64,000 nucleotides of DNA from Negaprion brevirostris (Eukaryota). Positions 25,278 through 38,889 of the stretch are shown in pieces; positions within the stretch are counted from its first letter, which is position 1; every line of letters starts with the position of its first letter. The position numbers and the translations under genes are program-made. The stretch lies in the NCBI GenBank assembly GCA_030324005.1, contig JARDVH010000167.1, forward strand, positions 15,367,652 through 15,431,651. Reading direction: 5' to 3'. The notes beneath the pieces are model-generated. The model worked only from the letters and a program-made list of their open reading frames with translations. It was not told the DNA's origin and did not search any database.

Positions 25278-26739
25278 CCTATATTTCTGGCCTGGGTCAC
25301 TCCACAATTCTTGTGGGCTTGACATGTATTTTGAAGTGTCTTCCCCAAAGGAGGCATGTCTTTTGCTGACTCTCCAGCTGAGACCCGTGTCACCACCATA
25401 AAATAACTCCAATAGTGAGACTTACAGCTCAGAGAGAAGCAGGAAGTTGACAGAAAGACAACGTGTGCCGCAGCTATTGCTAATCTGTGTAGCCATTTGT
25501 ACTAACATCATTACACCTACCATGGTTGAGATCACAATCTCCAATCGCCAGGATTACACCAACGAGATCCTGGTGTAACTCCATTCCATCTTCTCCATGC
25601 AGGCTTCACCACTGTAGGGATCTTTCAATCAAAATGACTGGCATACAAGTTTCGTCCATCCCAATATAGCAGGAGCATTCAAAAAATATGCAAATAATCT
25701 AAGTACATTGCACATTGCATTTCCTGTCCTTTCTGTTATACAGCACTAAGTACGAGATGTCTGTATTGTTGGCATCAAAGTTCCTTTTGAAGGTTGGAAA
25801 AAGACATTACAATGTTTTAAGCTATTTCCCCAAGTCTAGATGACAAGGCAGTCAATTGCATTGCACAAAGCAAGATCATTTGAAAATGTTTTTAAAATTT
25901 ATGACTCTGCTCTGGGATGTTAGAAGTACGTCACTGAATTTCTTCTTCCTTCTGCCAAAGTGGGCCCCTGACTGGGGAGCAGGGGAATCCAATGAGAGTT
26001 TGACGAAACCATTCAGGTTAACCCGATCCCAGAAAAATCAGTCAGGGTCAGGATTGTCGTCATAAATTTAGCAGAGACCCCCACCCTAGTCAGTTCACTG
26101 TTTCTTTCAATCAGAGCTCCTGCCATTTGCATACTTTTCACTCTGATTCAAAGCTTAGTGCAGCTCAACAAGAAGAAGCTATACAACTGAGAAATTACAC
26201 AAACATTCGATGACTTTTTCACAACATTCAAAATATATTCACCAATTGTTTGGGTTTCAACCAATACCGTGGGATGACTTTGACACAGGACCTGTCAAGT
26301 GATGTCACTTGGTAAAATGCACCAAGACACATTATACTAACTTGTATCTTATTTGAGCTGTGAAATCCTCTTGATCGCAGGTCAGCCCATCACTGTGGAG
26401 AAAATCTGCTTTCCATTAAGCCTGAGCAAGGATAAAAAATACTTGAGTTTTTAACAACCCATCGTTAGAACTAATTGCGTTCTGCAATATAAAATAAATA
26501 GTTTAAATCCTCCACAATTTCAAAAGCTGCTGCCCAAGATTCTCGGAAGGATCTTTGTCAGCTCATATTAATAATCTAATTGCCTTTGAAATGGGAACAA
26601 TCAAGTTCACTCCTCTTTTAATCGACTGCATTATGATACGTTGTTCATTGTGATTGTGCGTAATATGTATAACCATTTAGCTGTTCTCTTATAGCAATGA
26701 GAAGTAGTTCTGAATTGATGCTGGGACTATTTCCACTCA

Positions 26740-27120
26740 CAGAGAGAAAGATAAGAGAAGATATAATAGACGGTTTTAAGATTATTGGCAGTCCAATAGA
26801 GTGAATAGGAAATAGCTATTTCCTCTAAACGGGAGAGTCAATGATGAAGGGTTATCAATTTAATGCTTCCTCTGAGAAAGGTGCTGAGTGAGGTTAGGAG
26901 AGATTTTTGTGTGCAGAGGGTTGTTACGACAGAGAATGTTTTAGTGCAGGAAGTTGTTGAGGCAGAGACCAATGAATCTTTCAAGAGGAAAGTAAATAAA
27001 CATTTGAAGCAGAGGAAATTACTGGACTACAGGGAGAAAGCAAGGCAGTATGAATTTGAGAAGACCCAAAACACTCTCACTCAAGGCCCAATAGCCCCCA
27101 TTTGTGCTGTAAATTTCCAT
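26740..27120 (+). mobile_element. CR1 LINE 3' fragment
   Basis: EVRRDFCVQRVV...EVVEAETNESFKRKVNKHL. Confidence 0.75.
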
Positions 27121-27214
27121 GGTTTCAGCTTCCTTGAGTGCCGGAGAAGCTTCCAGAATCTATTCTCATTTCATGTCAATGTTATTCTTCCAATTGATAT
27201 GAGATTATTCCAAC

Positions 27215-28384
27215 TGTTATGATCATAGCAGATGTTACTTGCTGAGCAAGCTTGATCCCAGAAGGAAAACGGGCTTATTGATCATAACCTTTTATTTTGT
27301 ACTTTGAAACTAAAAGGAGGAAAAGCTACTGATCCCAGAAGCATAGANNNNNNNNNNNNNNNNNNNNNNNNNNNNNNNNNNNNNNNNNNNNNNNNNNNNN
27401 NNNNNNNNNNNNNNNNNNNNNNNNNNNNNNNNNNNNNNNNNNNNNNNTTGTACTTTGAAACTAAAAGGAGGAAAAGCTACTGATCCCAGAAGCATAGAAT
27501 ACCAGTAACGTCTTTTGGATTTTAAAAGTTAAAAGATTTTTACAAGAAGAAACAACGAAAGCACATAAAATTAAAGTTACATGGTTAAAACAGATTTTAA
27601 AACATCACCCCTACTTGGTCAGAGCACACAAGTAAACACCTTCTTGCTAACAACTCCTTATAGATTTTTAACTATAAAAATGCTGTTACGCTACCCAAAG
27701 CAAAAGTGTTGCTACTTTAGTAAAGATATACCACATGATGCCTCAACCACTTCCAATCTACTGTGGATATCCAAGAAAGTTCAGAAATGAAATGCTTTCT
27801 GAAAAAAGAATGTTTTTGACCAATGGATGGTTATTTCACATTTCATACATTCTCTCAGCACAGGGCTGATCTTAGGAGATTTCCCCAACCAGCCACAACT
27901 CAATTCAACGTCTTTCCTTAAATGTTCTTCTTCCCTTTCATTCAGATTCCATTGTCCTCAGTACCTCTTTGAAATCGACTTTTCCAAATTATAAAAACCT
28001 GTGTGTTTTCCTATTGCCATCGCTTTTGGGTCCAACAAAAATTAATAACCTTCCCTTATTTACTTATGAAACCTTTTTGAATTGTAAAAGACCCTAAAAC
28101 TCCCTGTTGAAATTTAACAGTTGAAAAGCCAAGTCCCTACCTATCTCTTGATGCAAATTTTAAAACCCAACATATTTACTCGTTAAATTAACTTCACTAT
28201 AGCCTTTCATTACAAATTCATAGACCAAACATCTTTACTCTTTTATTTCTCAGCTCTCATAGACAAGTATCTCTTTTAATCTTCCCACAATTTTGTTAAT
28301 CATGGACACACAGGTATTTTGCCTTCTTGACAGAATACCGCAATATTCCCAAAATACTTTTTAAACATGGCATCCATCTTCACA
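27215..28384. mobile_element. Long solo LTR (about 1 kb, contains an N gap)
   Basis: TGTTATGAT...ATCTTCACA termini; 4-bp flanks caac/cagc. Confidence 0.55.
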
Positions 28385-28614
28385 CAGCTAAGCAGAACAT
28401 TTATGAAGTTCCTGTGAAATGTGAAGTGTTGAGCAACACTGGTGTGAATCAATGACTAATTTCCAGAAAATTCATTCAACTCAACGACATTACAAAGGAC
28501 AGCTACATTTTTTGGAACTCCAGCTGCTGAATTTTTGACCTGCCAGTTCCATGTTGAAAAGTATGCATTTGAAAAATTTGGTGATGCACGTAAAAGTATC
28601 TCACCTCACCCGTT

Positions 28615-30315
28615 TTTCTTTATTCATTCATGGACTATAGGCATTAACGGTGAGGCCAGCTTGAATTGTCCGTAGTGAACTGCCTGTAAGAAGATGGTGG
28701 CTACCTTCTTGATGTCCCCGTGGTACAGGTAGACTCACAGTGCTTTGAGGGAGCGAGTTTCAGGATTTTGACCCAGAGATAGTGAGGGAGTACATTTCCA
28801 AGTCAGGATAGTATGTGGCTTGGAGGGAAACTTGCTGGTGATGATGCTTCTCTGCATCTTCTGCACTTGACCCTATAGATGGTAGAGGTATTGGGTTTGG
28901 AAGGTGCTGTTGAAGGAACCAAAGTGAGTTCCCAAAGGGCATCTTGTAAGTGGTTCACACTGCTCTCATTGTTCATTGGCGATGGAGGGAGTGAATGTTT
29001 CTGAAAGGGGTACGATCAAGCAGGCAGCTTTGTCTTAGATGACATTAAGCTGCACTGATCCAGACAAGTGGAGAGCATTCCATCACACTCCTGACTTGTG
29101 CCTCCTAGATGAGTTACTCACCTCAGGAGTCATAGCTTTCAACCTGCACTGGTAGACACAGCACTTATTTGGCTAGTCCACTTCAGTTTCTGGGTAATGG
29201 TAATGCCCAGAATGTTGATAGTATTCAGCAATGGTAATGCCATTCAATGTTAAGGGACAATGATTAGATTCTGTCTCCTTGGAGATCGGTTTTGCCTGTC
29301 GAATGAATGTTACTTCAGATTTGTCAGCCCAAACTTGTATGTTGCTCAGGTCTTATTGCATTTGGACATGGACTGCTTCAATACCTGAGAAGTCCTAAAT
29401 GGTTGTGAACATGGGATAATAATCAGTGAACATCCCAACTTCTGACCTTAGGTTGGTTTATCAATTTTCTTTCCATCAAGAGATATTAGGCCTATGACAC
29501 TACCCTGGTGAACTTTTGCAGCGATGTCCTGGATCTGAGATGATTGATTTCCAATAGCTACAGCCATCTTCCTTTGTGCCAGGTATGATGCCAGCGAGTC
29601 TTCCTGACTTCCATTGCTCGATTCCAGTTTTGCTTGATGCCATACGCGACTGAATGCTGCTTTGATATCAACGTAGTCACTCCCACCTCACTACTTGAGT
29701 TCAGCTCTTCATGTGCATGCTTGAGCAAAGGCAAAAACGAGGTCAGGAGCTGAGTGATCATGGTAAAGCCCAAACTTAGCATTAATTGAGCAAGTTGTTG
29801 CTAAGCCAGGGCTGTCTGATAGCACTGTTGATGACCTCATCCATCACTTTATTGATGATTGAAAGTAGACTGATGGGGAGGTAATTGTCGGGTTTGGATT
29901 TATCCTGCTTTTTGCATACAGGACATACATGGGCAGTTTTCCATGTTGTCAGATATGCCAGTGTTGCAGCTGTACTGGAACAGCTTGGTTTGGAGCATAA
30001 CAAATTCTGGAGCACATATCTTTACTATTGCTGGGCTGTCAAGGTCCCCAGGTTTTACAGTATCCAGTACCTTCAGCCATTGCTTGATATCACATGGAGT
30101 GAATCAAATTAGCTGAAGACTGGAAACTTGATGCTAGGGATCTCCAGATGAAGCCAAGATAAATCATTCACTCGGTGTTTGTGGCTAAAGATTGTTGTAA
30201 ATTCTGCAGCCTTATCTTTTGTACTAATATACTGAGCTCTCCCATCATTGAGGATGGGGATATTTGTGCAAGCTCCTCCTCCAGTTTGTTGTTTAATTGC
30301 CCATCACTATTCATG
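28615..30315 (-). mobile_element. CR1/Jockey-like LINE (family B), RT region and 3' end
   Basis: WKTAHVCPVCKKQDKSKPDNYLPISLLSIINKVM; 3' tail at about 28620. Confidence 0.88.
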
Positions 30316-30485
30316 ATTCATAGACACATACCGTAGACATGCGGCAGGACTAAAGAGTATAATTTTATGGCCCATATTTTCTTTGGAAAATACAGCAAAC
30401 TGCTAACCATTAACAATGTGCAAATCATCTAGCAACTTGTGACAAGGAAGAGAAATCATGTCAGTTGTGAGTCTCCACAAATTTC

Positions 30486-30943
30486 AATTTGAATTAAATC
30501 AGGCAAAGAAAAAGGGTAAAAGGAGGGAAAGAAGGACTTGAGAGAGAGAGAAAAATGGACAACACAGGAAAAAATAGGATTTTTTGAATTTCACAAATTT
30601 CAGGATGATTTATGCCATTCTGCATTTGTTTCACATGACATCTGCTTAGGAAATTGCGAATTAAAGTTGTCACAGGAAGTTAGATCTCTGTACTTAATAG
30701 TGCAAGTACCTTTTTAATGAGAAGATTTAGGTTTCTGCGATACCAAAAATCTCTTTGACCCAAAAACAAACAATCTAAATGGTGGAATCTCCTTCCTACT
30801 AGCAGTAAATTGTTGTGTGATGTTTTTAAATTTTACATTTTTCAAAAAATCCTATTATTTCCTGTGTTGTCCATGTTTCTCTCTCTCTCAAGTCCTTCTT
30901 TCCCTCCTTTTACCCTTTTTCTTTGCCTGATTTAATTCAAATT
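30486..30943. repeat. Near-perfect 103-bp inverted repeat (30486-30588 / 30841-30943)
   Basis: Arms differ at 2 positions by manual alignment; 252-bp spacer. Confidence 0.95.
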
Positions 30944-30988
30944 CAATTGTTCTTTTTCTCCATTGTTCACCTGCTTTTTTTTTCTCTC

Positions 30989-31222
30989 TGTGATAACCCC
31001 CAGGACTTAGATGTGGAATCCCTGATTAATCTCCCAATAGGAATCATAAAATACAAGTTCCCGTGGCAATAGGTAATTATGTAAGCATGTGGAACTCCTA
31101 TCCTGAATCCTTTATAAAACGGGTTCCTGAGTGGGTCCGGTATTCTGTTGTCTCGGATGGGACTTGTGTACGTGGTTTCACTTTGATAAAATAAAATACT
31201 GGTCCTTTCCTGAGTTGTTACA
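30989..31222 (+). mobile_element. Solo LTR, 234 bp
   Basis: TGTGATAAC...GTTGTTACA; perfect 5-bp TSD ctctc (30984-88, 31223-27); internal TATAAAA and AATAAA. Confidence 0.85.
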
Positions 31223-33113
31223 CTCTCAATCTTTTAAATCTCATTGGTTATGGAGGTAGGTTGAACCTGTTATTCACCAACATGCAGGAATCCACTCCAC
31301 CAAAATCTGGACCTTTGAATTCAAATGTTCAAAGTCAAGAATTTGTGCCTTTGACTTTGATGCTGTTGCATTCCTCTGTCCAAAAGAAGCAGTGGTTCCA
31401 ATATTAGCAAAGTAGTGGGGGAAAGTGCACAAGGACCCAAGCAAGGCCTAGAACTTGGAGGCCCTGCTGAATTATTAAAACAATTTTGGGCACTGTCCCA
31501 CCTAACAAGCGATGGATTGACAGCTTGATTGGCAGGTGGCAGCAGTCACTCGGAGCATGAGGTCACAGACTCGGACCCATGGGGACTGTTGCATTCCAGA
31601 AAGCCAGCTGGTAAAGGATGGAACTGGAATTAATCTTTACATACTTGTTTAAGTGGTTACTTACTGAGTTACATATTACAGGCATACACCTCCTAATCCA
31701 ACAACCACAGTTTCAGTCTCAGTCTATTTATGTGCTTTTGAGTAATCAAGACTGTCTATTTCTAGGGGCATAAGTGAATTCCCAGTCAGTGCCAATCACC
31801 TGGATGTAATTCACAGGAACCCTGTTCGGCAGTGTTTGGGCAGTGCTCGTGACAGAGGCTTGGGTGCTCCGAGCTATTATTGGGGAATGTGATCAGGACT
31901 TTGACAGACAGGGGGAAATTAGATGCTTCTTTGTGACACCTCTGTTTGGACCACAGAGTGTGCCAGAGGGAGATGGTCTTCAGTTGTAACTGGGCAGCAG
32001 ACAGGACTGACCTCCCCCAGTCTACATATGTCATTAGGCTACGACTTCTGAATGTTAATTTGGGCCTCACCTACCTATTGTGCGATAGTTTGATGTGTGT
32101 TTGTAGACCTTTTGTGAGGGTTTGGGTTGCCAGATAATTGAATTGCTCCNNNNNNNNNNNNNNNNNNNNNNNNNNNNNNNNNNNNNNNNNNNNNNNNNNN
32201 NNNNNNNNNNNNNNNNNNNNNNNNNNNNNNNNNNNNNNNNNNNNNNNNNCTTTTCCAGCCCTCCCATGTCTTCCTTCCAACATGTCACTGACACCATCAC
32301 CACAGCCAAACCCCATATTTACATTCACGACCTCTCAGTCAAACTCCAGAAGCTTGAGAAGTTTTCTCTGTACTTTGGTGACATGGAACTTCTATGGCTT
32401 GGTCAAACACTCCTGGCTAAAATATGAAAATGTTGTGAAAGAACAGTAAAATAAACCTGGCAATAAAAAAAGTGTTAAATTAAAGCTGGGTATATTAATG
32501 GGTGAATTCCTTTATTAGGACATGCATCAATGACATCACACAACACGATTTTAACTTAAAATTCCATATTCACCATCTTCCCCAGTCCTTCATGCCCTTA
32601 ATTTACAATGTCTAATCCTTAGCTCAGCTTTAAATAATGTTCCCACTAATGACAAAGTAACTTATTGCTAAGTTCCCTGCCTCAGTATCTTGTAATCATT
32701 ACTCCTCCTAATTCATTGATTATGCAATTATTGTCCCTTTACCTCATTGACTGTGCAATTATTTGTCTTTTTACTGGAGACATAAAAACACACTGATTTC
32801 AAAATAAATTCAATCACATTACATTCCCATAAATCTAAATTAAAATAATTCAAAATTAATTACGTTGGAGATGAGTTGAGAAAACAACAAATTCAACCAT
32901 TGACACCAACTTTCACTTATCTATACCTGTTCCAATGTGGCAACTGCTGGCATGTTGTAAAGGTCTCCTTGGAGAGGTGACAGTGAAGATTCTCAACATG
33001 TTTAGTGCCACCTTGTCAGTATGGTCCAATTTATTGCACAAGAGACAGGAGTTTCTAAATTTTGTTGGTAGCGATAAAGCTTTGTCTAATACGTCTACAG
33101 TTCTGACTTGATT

Positions 33114-33407
33114 CTTTATTTATTAGTGTCACAAGTAGGCTTACATTAACACTGCAATTGAGTTGCTGTGAAAATCCCTAGATGCCACACTGGTGCCTCT
33201 TCAGGTTCACTGAGGGAGAATTTAATCTGGTCAATGCACCTAACCGACACGTCTTTCAGACTGCAGGAGGAAACTGGAGTGCCCAGTGGAAAATCATGCA
33301 GATGTGGGGAGAACGTGCAAACTCCATTCAGACAGTGACCCGAGCCAGGAATCAAACCCAGGTCCCTTGCGTTGTGAGGCAGCAGTGCTAACCACTCTGC
33401 TACCATG
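33114..33407 (-). mobile_element. HE1/V-SINE, tail type 2
   Basis: Same layout as 5408 and 18699. Confidence 0.9.
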
Positions 33408-35964
33408 CAATTGTGTGAAACATTGACGAGTGGCCATGAGTACACGAAGATTCTGCCTCTCTTAAAGGACTGGGAGATGCCAATTGACTATTGCTAGGCT
33501 AGTGTAGAGTTCTTTATCAAAAGAATCTGTCTAATGTTTCTTCTATGATGAGATAGATTGACATTCTTAAGTTATGTTGGCTGTTTTGAAGATGATTAGT
33601 TTCCACTGCGGTGAAGAGAAGTATCATTGTTGCAAGAGAATAATGCCACTTAGGACAAATGTAGAGGAAGAACAAAATTTCACTTCCATAGAGTTAGAAA
33701 CTTATTTTGGCATTTCTCATTCTGGACAGATGGATATTTGCCTTTACTGGACATGCCTTTACTTACATTAGTGGTGCTGGAATTTCCAATGCATATCATG
33801 AACAGCCAGCTGAAATCTAAATGTCAAACTGCCAGACTGGCTCAGCCTAGAAGACCTGCTGAAAATAGTAAATTGGACACCACCATGTAGAATTGTTGAG
33901 CGAAATCTGTAACTGAGAAGAAGAATATCTTGCCCTGGTCAGACAAAACCAAAAATTACTGTTGTATAGTAAACGTCGCAGTTAGTCATTACTGTGGGTG
34001 GCATGGCAAATTCCATGATAATGCAAAGATTGATATGGCTAAATCCAGTGCTCTGTATTCGGAGGAAGCTTCTGCTGGGGAGAGTCTGATGGTTTCTCCA
34101 ATTTCCAGCTTGCTTTCAAACTGTACTGGTGATTTTATTGAGCCTGGGTGGCCTCATTTAGAGGTGTGGAAGCGGTAACTTACTTTCTGTCTGCTCGGAA
34201 ATTGCTGTGGACTCTGTGAATTTCAACAGCAACTAAGACATTAAATTTCATGGTGTCACCAGAGACAGAGAGAAAGCAAAAAGACCAAACCGTGAGGCAA
34301 TGGGAATAGAGGATGTTCTTGAGAGAATCAAAATTGAAAATTAGTGTGGGATGGTCTGGTAGGAAAGATGGTCTAACTACTGCCAATGATGTCTGGAATG
34401 ATTTTAAAAATTAGAATATTTGGTGCTGTCATTGTATATAACCTGAATCCATTCTGTGCATACCCTACTTGTTTAATTTCTGTAAATAAATTCTTAAACA
34501 ATCATATAATCTAAAAGCACACAAGGATACAATTCAGCTCATCATGTACCCACTCTTTGAAAGAACTGTGCAAGAAAGTCTCAAATAAAATTAGTTCATT
34601 TGGAANNNNNNNNNGTGTGGCATGTTGATGTAATGGGATACAGAAAATATGAAGAGCTTGAGCCCTCGTTATCTCAGTGTGTGGGAATCTGAAAGGGTGT
34701 GAGAACTTGTCAAAGGTAGAAAAACCACAGTGTTGCAGAATCTTGCTCCAAGAAAGGACAGGAAGTGTGGTGAGATTGCTAAGAGAGTTTATGGCTCAAT
34801 AAATAATTGCATTGCAGCAAGCTGTGAGTTTGTTGTCCACCACAATGTGATGAAAATTGAAAATATTTATTTATACTTCTAAAATCTAAAGCTAAACCTT
34901 TACTTTTTTAAATTCCAGGTGGGAGAAATTGGGCTCTGCAGGGCCTATATTGTCAGTGCTACAGGGTGCATACACTTGAAAAAAGGGTGCATTTATTTGT
35001 GTTGCAACATGAGGGAAGAACATCCTGCACATGCATAGCTGCAAACTCGATCGGAATGAGAGCTGCTTACGGTAAAGAAAGCAAGTTGGTTAGACAGAGG
35101 GTACGCTACAGTATAAATTACCATTTTTAGGTCTGTATAATCCCAAACCAGCTGGAAGTTCTTGTAGCCAATCAACCTAAAACTTTCGACCCATGACCCT
35201 TGAATTGAGATTCCCATTCTCTACCAACTGAACTTATGGGCTGCATGGGAAGTCTCTGCACAAAGAAAGAACATAAATGGAGGCAGTTCACTTTCATGAT
35301 TTATATGCATTCGAAATGTTGTGGATGTGTGCACAATGTCTATCATTGCTGCCTGGTTTGTGCAGCAAGGGAGGGGGAAGCCAGCAGGTGCCCAAGTGAT
35401 GTAACTTGTGGGGAAGTGATGGAATGTAAGTCACTCCTCAAAATGAGCAAGGATCTACCAGTGCAAATTCAACCTCAAGATGTGTGGCAACTTGACTACT
35501 TCTGCCAACCCAACCTTGTAGGAAAACAAACTCGCAGGAGCTCCCAAATTCTGACCTCCAGTTGCTAAATGGACAGGCATTGGAAACAATTGTGCATGCA
35601 CTGTGACTGTCATGTGAGCATGCACAACTGTTCCTGATGCCTTTCCATTCACCGACAGGAGTTACGCTGCTTGAAAATAGGGTTGAGTTGTGCTCACACT
35701 TCTGGCAAAAAGTATTCTTGATGTCATATTAGTAAAGAGGTATGTGAGCAGATAGCCAATGACCACTGGCAGCATGCCGAGCAGGCAAATTAAAATGTTG
35801 ATCAGAGTGAAACACTGCCATTTTCAAACAAAACACTGCAGCTTTTACCTTGTCTTAACGACATACATCTGAACATATGTTCAACAAAACAAATCTCTGA
35901 CAAACACCATTTAAATGGATTATGAAATACTCCAGGTTAGTTACTGGAATGGTCCTGATTGTTA

Positions 35965-38140
35965 TTTGTTTGAGAGATTTGGGCATTGCTGATAAGACCA
36001 ATGTTTATTGCCCATCTCTGCCCTTGAAAAGGTCCTGGTAAGCCACCTTCTTGAACAGTTGCAGTCCATGTGCTGTACATAAACTCATGGCACTGTTACA
36101 TTGGAAATTCAAGGATTTTGACCCAGCAACAATGAAAGAATAACAATATATTTCCCAGCCAGGATAGGACTTGGGAGGGGAACTTGCAGGTGGTTATGTT
36201 CCCATACACGTGCCGCCCTAGTCCAAGGTGAAAGAAGTTGCAGGTTTGGAAGATGCTGCCAAAGAAAACTTGGGGAATTTTAACAGCAGTGCCAAGCAAG
36301 CAAGCTGCATTGTCACGGATTGCATCAAGTTTCTTGAGTGCTGTTGGAGCTGCACTAATCAAGGCAAGTGAAGGGCAATACGTCACACTCCTAACTTGTG
36401 CCCTGTGGATGTCGGAAAGCCTTTGACAAGTCAAGAGGTGAGTCAACTGTCACAGAATTCCCAACCTCTGACTTGCTTTTGTTGCTATAGTATTAATATA
36501 GCTGGTCTAGTTAAATTTCTGGTCAAAGATAACCTCCAGAATGTTGTTACTGGGGAATTCAGTGATGGTAATGTCTTTGAATGTCAAGAGGTGATGGTTA
36601 TATACTTGAAAATAGAGATGGTGGCACACTGGACTCATAATCCAGAGACCCAGGTAATACTCCAGTGAACCAGATTTGAATCCATGGCAGGTGGTGAAGT
36701 TTAAATTCAATAAAAGATCTGGAAGTAACAGAAAAATGATGACCATGAAACCATTGTCAATTGTCACAAAAACCCATCTAATGTCCTTTCATGTTTATAT
36801 CCATCAAAAATTGGGCCAGTAGGAATCAGAGGAAAACTTTCCATTGGTTGGAATCATACCTGGCACAAGGAAGATGACTGTGGTTGTTGGAGGTTAAACA
36901 TCTTGTTCCAGGATGTCACTGTAGATTCCCTCAGGGTAGGTCCTAGGCCCAACCATCTTCAGCTTCCTTCCATCATAAGGTCAGAAGAGGGGATGCACGA
37001 TGTTCAGCACCATTTGTAACTCCTCAGATTCTGAAGCAGTCAGATATGACAATATTCAGACTTGGACTGACAAGTGACATTCACACCACACAAGTACCAG
37101 GCAATGACTACCTCCAACAAAAGAGGATCTAACTGTTGCCCTTTGGCATTCAATGTCATTGCATTACCTGGCATTTGCATGGCATGAATGTTACTTGCCA
37201 CTTTTCTGCCCAAACCTGAATGTTGTTCAGATCTTGTTGTATTTTGATGCAGATTGCTTCGGTATTTGAGAAATTGTGAAAGGTGAACATTGTGCCATTT
37301 GTGATGGAGAGAACATCATTTGTAAAGCAAGTGAAGACGTTTGGGTTTCAGATGCTACCCTGAGGAATTTCTGCAGTGATATCTTGTTACTGAGATTGGC
37401 ATCCAACAACCACAGCTAATTTTCTTTGTGCCAGCTATGACTCCAGTTATTGGAGTGAATTTCCCCCTGATTTCCACTGACTTCAGTGTTACTCAGGTGT
37501 CTTGATGCCACACTGGGTAAAATGCTGCCTTGATATCAAAGGCATGTTTGTTACTTATTTTCCTCATGCTTAAAACTGTAATGAGCCCTGGAGTTGAATA
37601 GTCATGCAGAACCCAAACAGAGCATCCATTTATTGGCTTTTGTTGATGAAATCCCAATTTGTAGCACTGTCAACAAAAACGCCATCATTCTGTTGATGAT
37701 TGAGGGTAGACTGCTGGGGATGCAACTGGCTGAATTGGATTTGCTCTGTGTTTTATGACCCTAGGCAATTTTCCACTTTGTTAAGTGGATGCCTGTGTTG
37801 TTGCTGTACTGGAACAACTTGTCGAGTGGCACAGTTGCTTCTGGAGCAAAGGTCTACAGCACTCCAGCTGTGATGTTGTCAGGGTCCTTAATCTCAGTTA
37901 TATGCAATGTACTCAGCTCTTTCTTGATGCCACAGGAAGTGAATCACATTGGCAGAAGACTGCCTTTGTGACACTGCCTCAGAAAGAGGTACAGATTAAA
38001 TATCCATTCGATATTTGGCTCATGGTGGTTGCAAACACTTGAGTCTTGTCCTTTCCATTCACATGCTGGGCTCTACCGTCACTGAGAATGGGGATTTTTG
38101 CTTTTGATTCTCCCGTCAGTTTTCTAATTATCCGTGACCA
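35965..38140 (-). mobile_element. Family B LINE (minus) interrupted at about 36618-37155 by a plus-strand tRNA-head/RT-fragment element
   Basis: HRAQVRSVTYCPSLALISAAPTALKKLDAIRDNAA; the minus copy resumes at about 37155 where it was cut near 36618. Confidence 0.8.
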
Positions 38141-38889
38141 TTGTAAAGAATTGCTGAGTGCATTTTGGAAGGACGGTTCAGAAATGCTTTTCTCCACCAC
38201 TTCTGATTCCACAAGGATTATCACAACCTGCAGACCTGATACGGTGGTTCTGACCTGTGGACCAGCCTGACCTCTCCCTATCCCACCCAAGACATGGAAC
38301 GGAACTGATGCCCCTCCTCACCCCTGCCCCCCACCACCATCAATGACCCATGGACCTGACCCAACAGCCCTCCAATCCGATCCGACCCAACCCAACCTCT
38401 GATTCCCCCCACCCACCTCTGACCTCTGATTTTCCCCCCCANNNNNNNNNNNNNNNNNNNNNNNNNNNNNNNNNNNNNNNNNNNNNNNNNNNNNNNNNNN
38501 NNNNNNNNNACTCCCCACCCTTAACATTTGGTTTCCCCCCCCCCTCAATGCTCACCCAATGACTTCTGAGCCCATCCCACCAGCCCCCCCCACCCCTCCC
38601 CAAACAGCCTCAGATCTCCAATACTTTTGACCACCTAAATGTATCCACTTAACTTCTTCCAATCCTGCCACCGGACCTTTTCAACTTAGCTGCTTTATGG
38701 CAGCCAATGCAGTATAAAGGGGATGTGGTCTCTTTGAATCTGCTGGAGCCGGACTGTGCTGGGGCACCAGGCAGCTCTGGCTATTGGGAGTTTCAGTGCA
38801 GTTTTCAAAACTTGGTAAGTGCACATTAAAGTTTTTTTATTGCAGTAGGTCATCGTTTTCCAACGCCAGTCGAACATTATGGCCCTCAA

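Noticed and set aside
25548-25582. Small hairpin ttacacca...tggtgtaa
   Set aside because: Stem too short for a miRNA precursor; plausible by chance
27297-27498. 51-bp direct repeat flanking a 100-N gap
   Set aside because: Identical sequence on both gap edges indicates unmerged contig overlap, an assembly artefact
34184-34255. Minus-strand ATG...AA|gtaagt mini-exon (MKFNVLVAVEIHRV...)
   Set aside because: No supporting promoter, homology or partner exon
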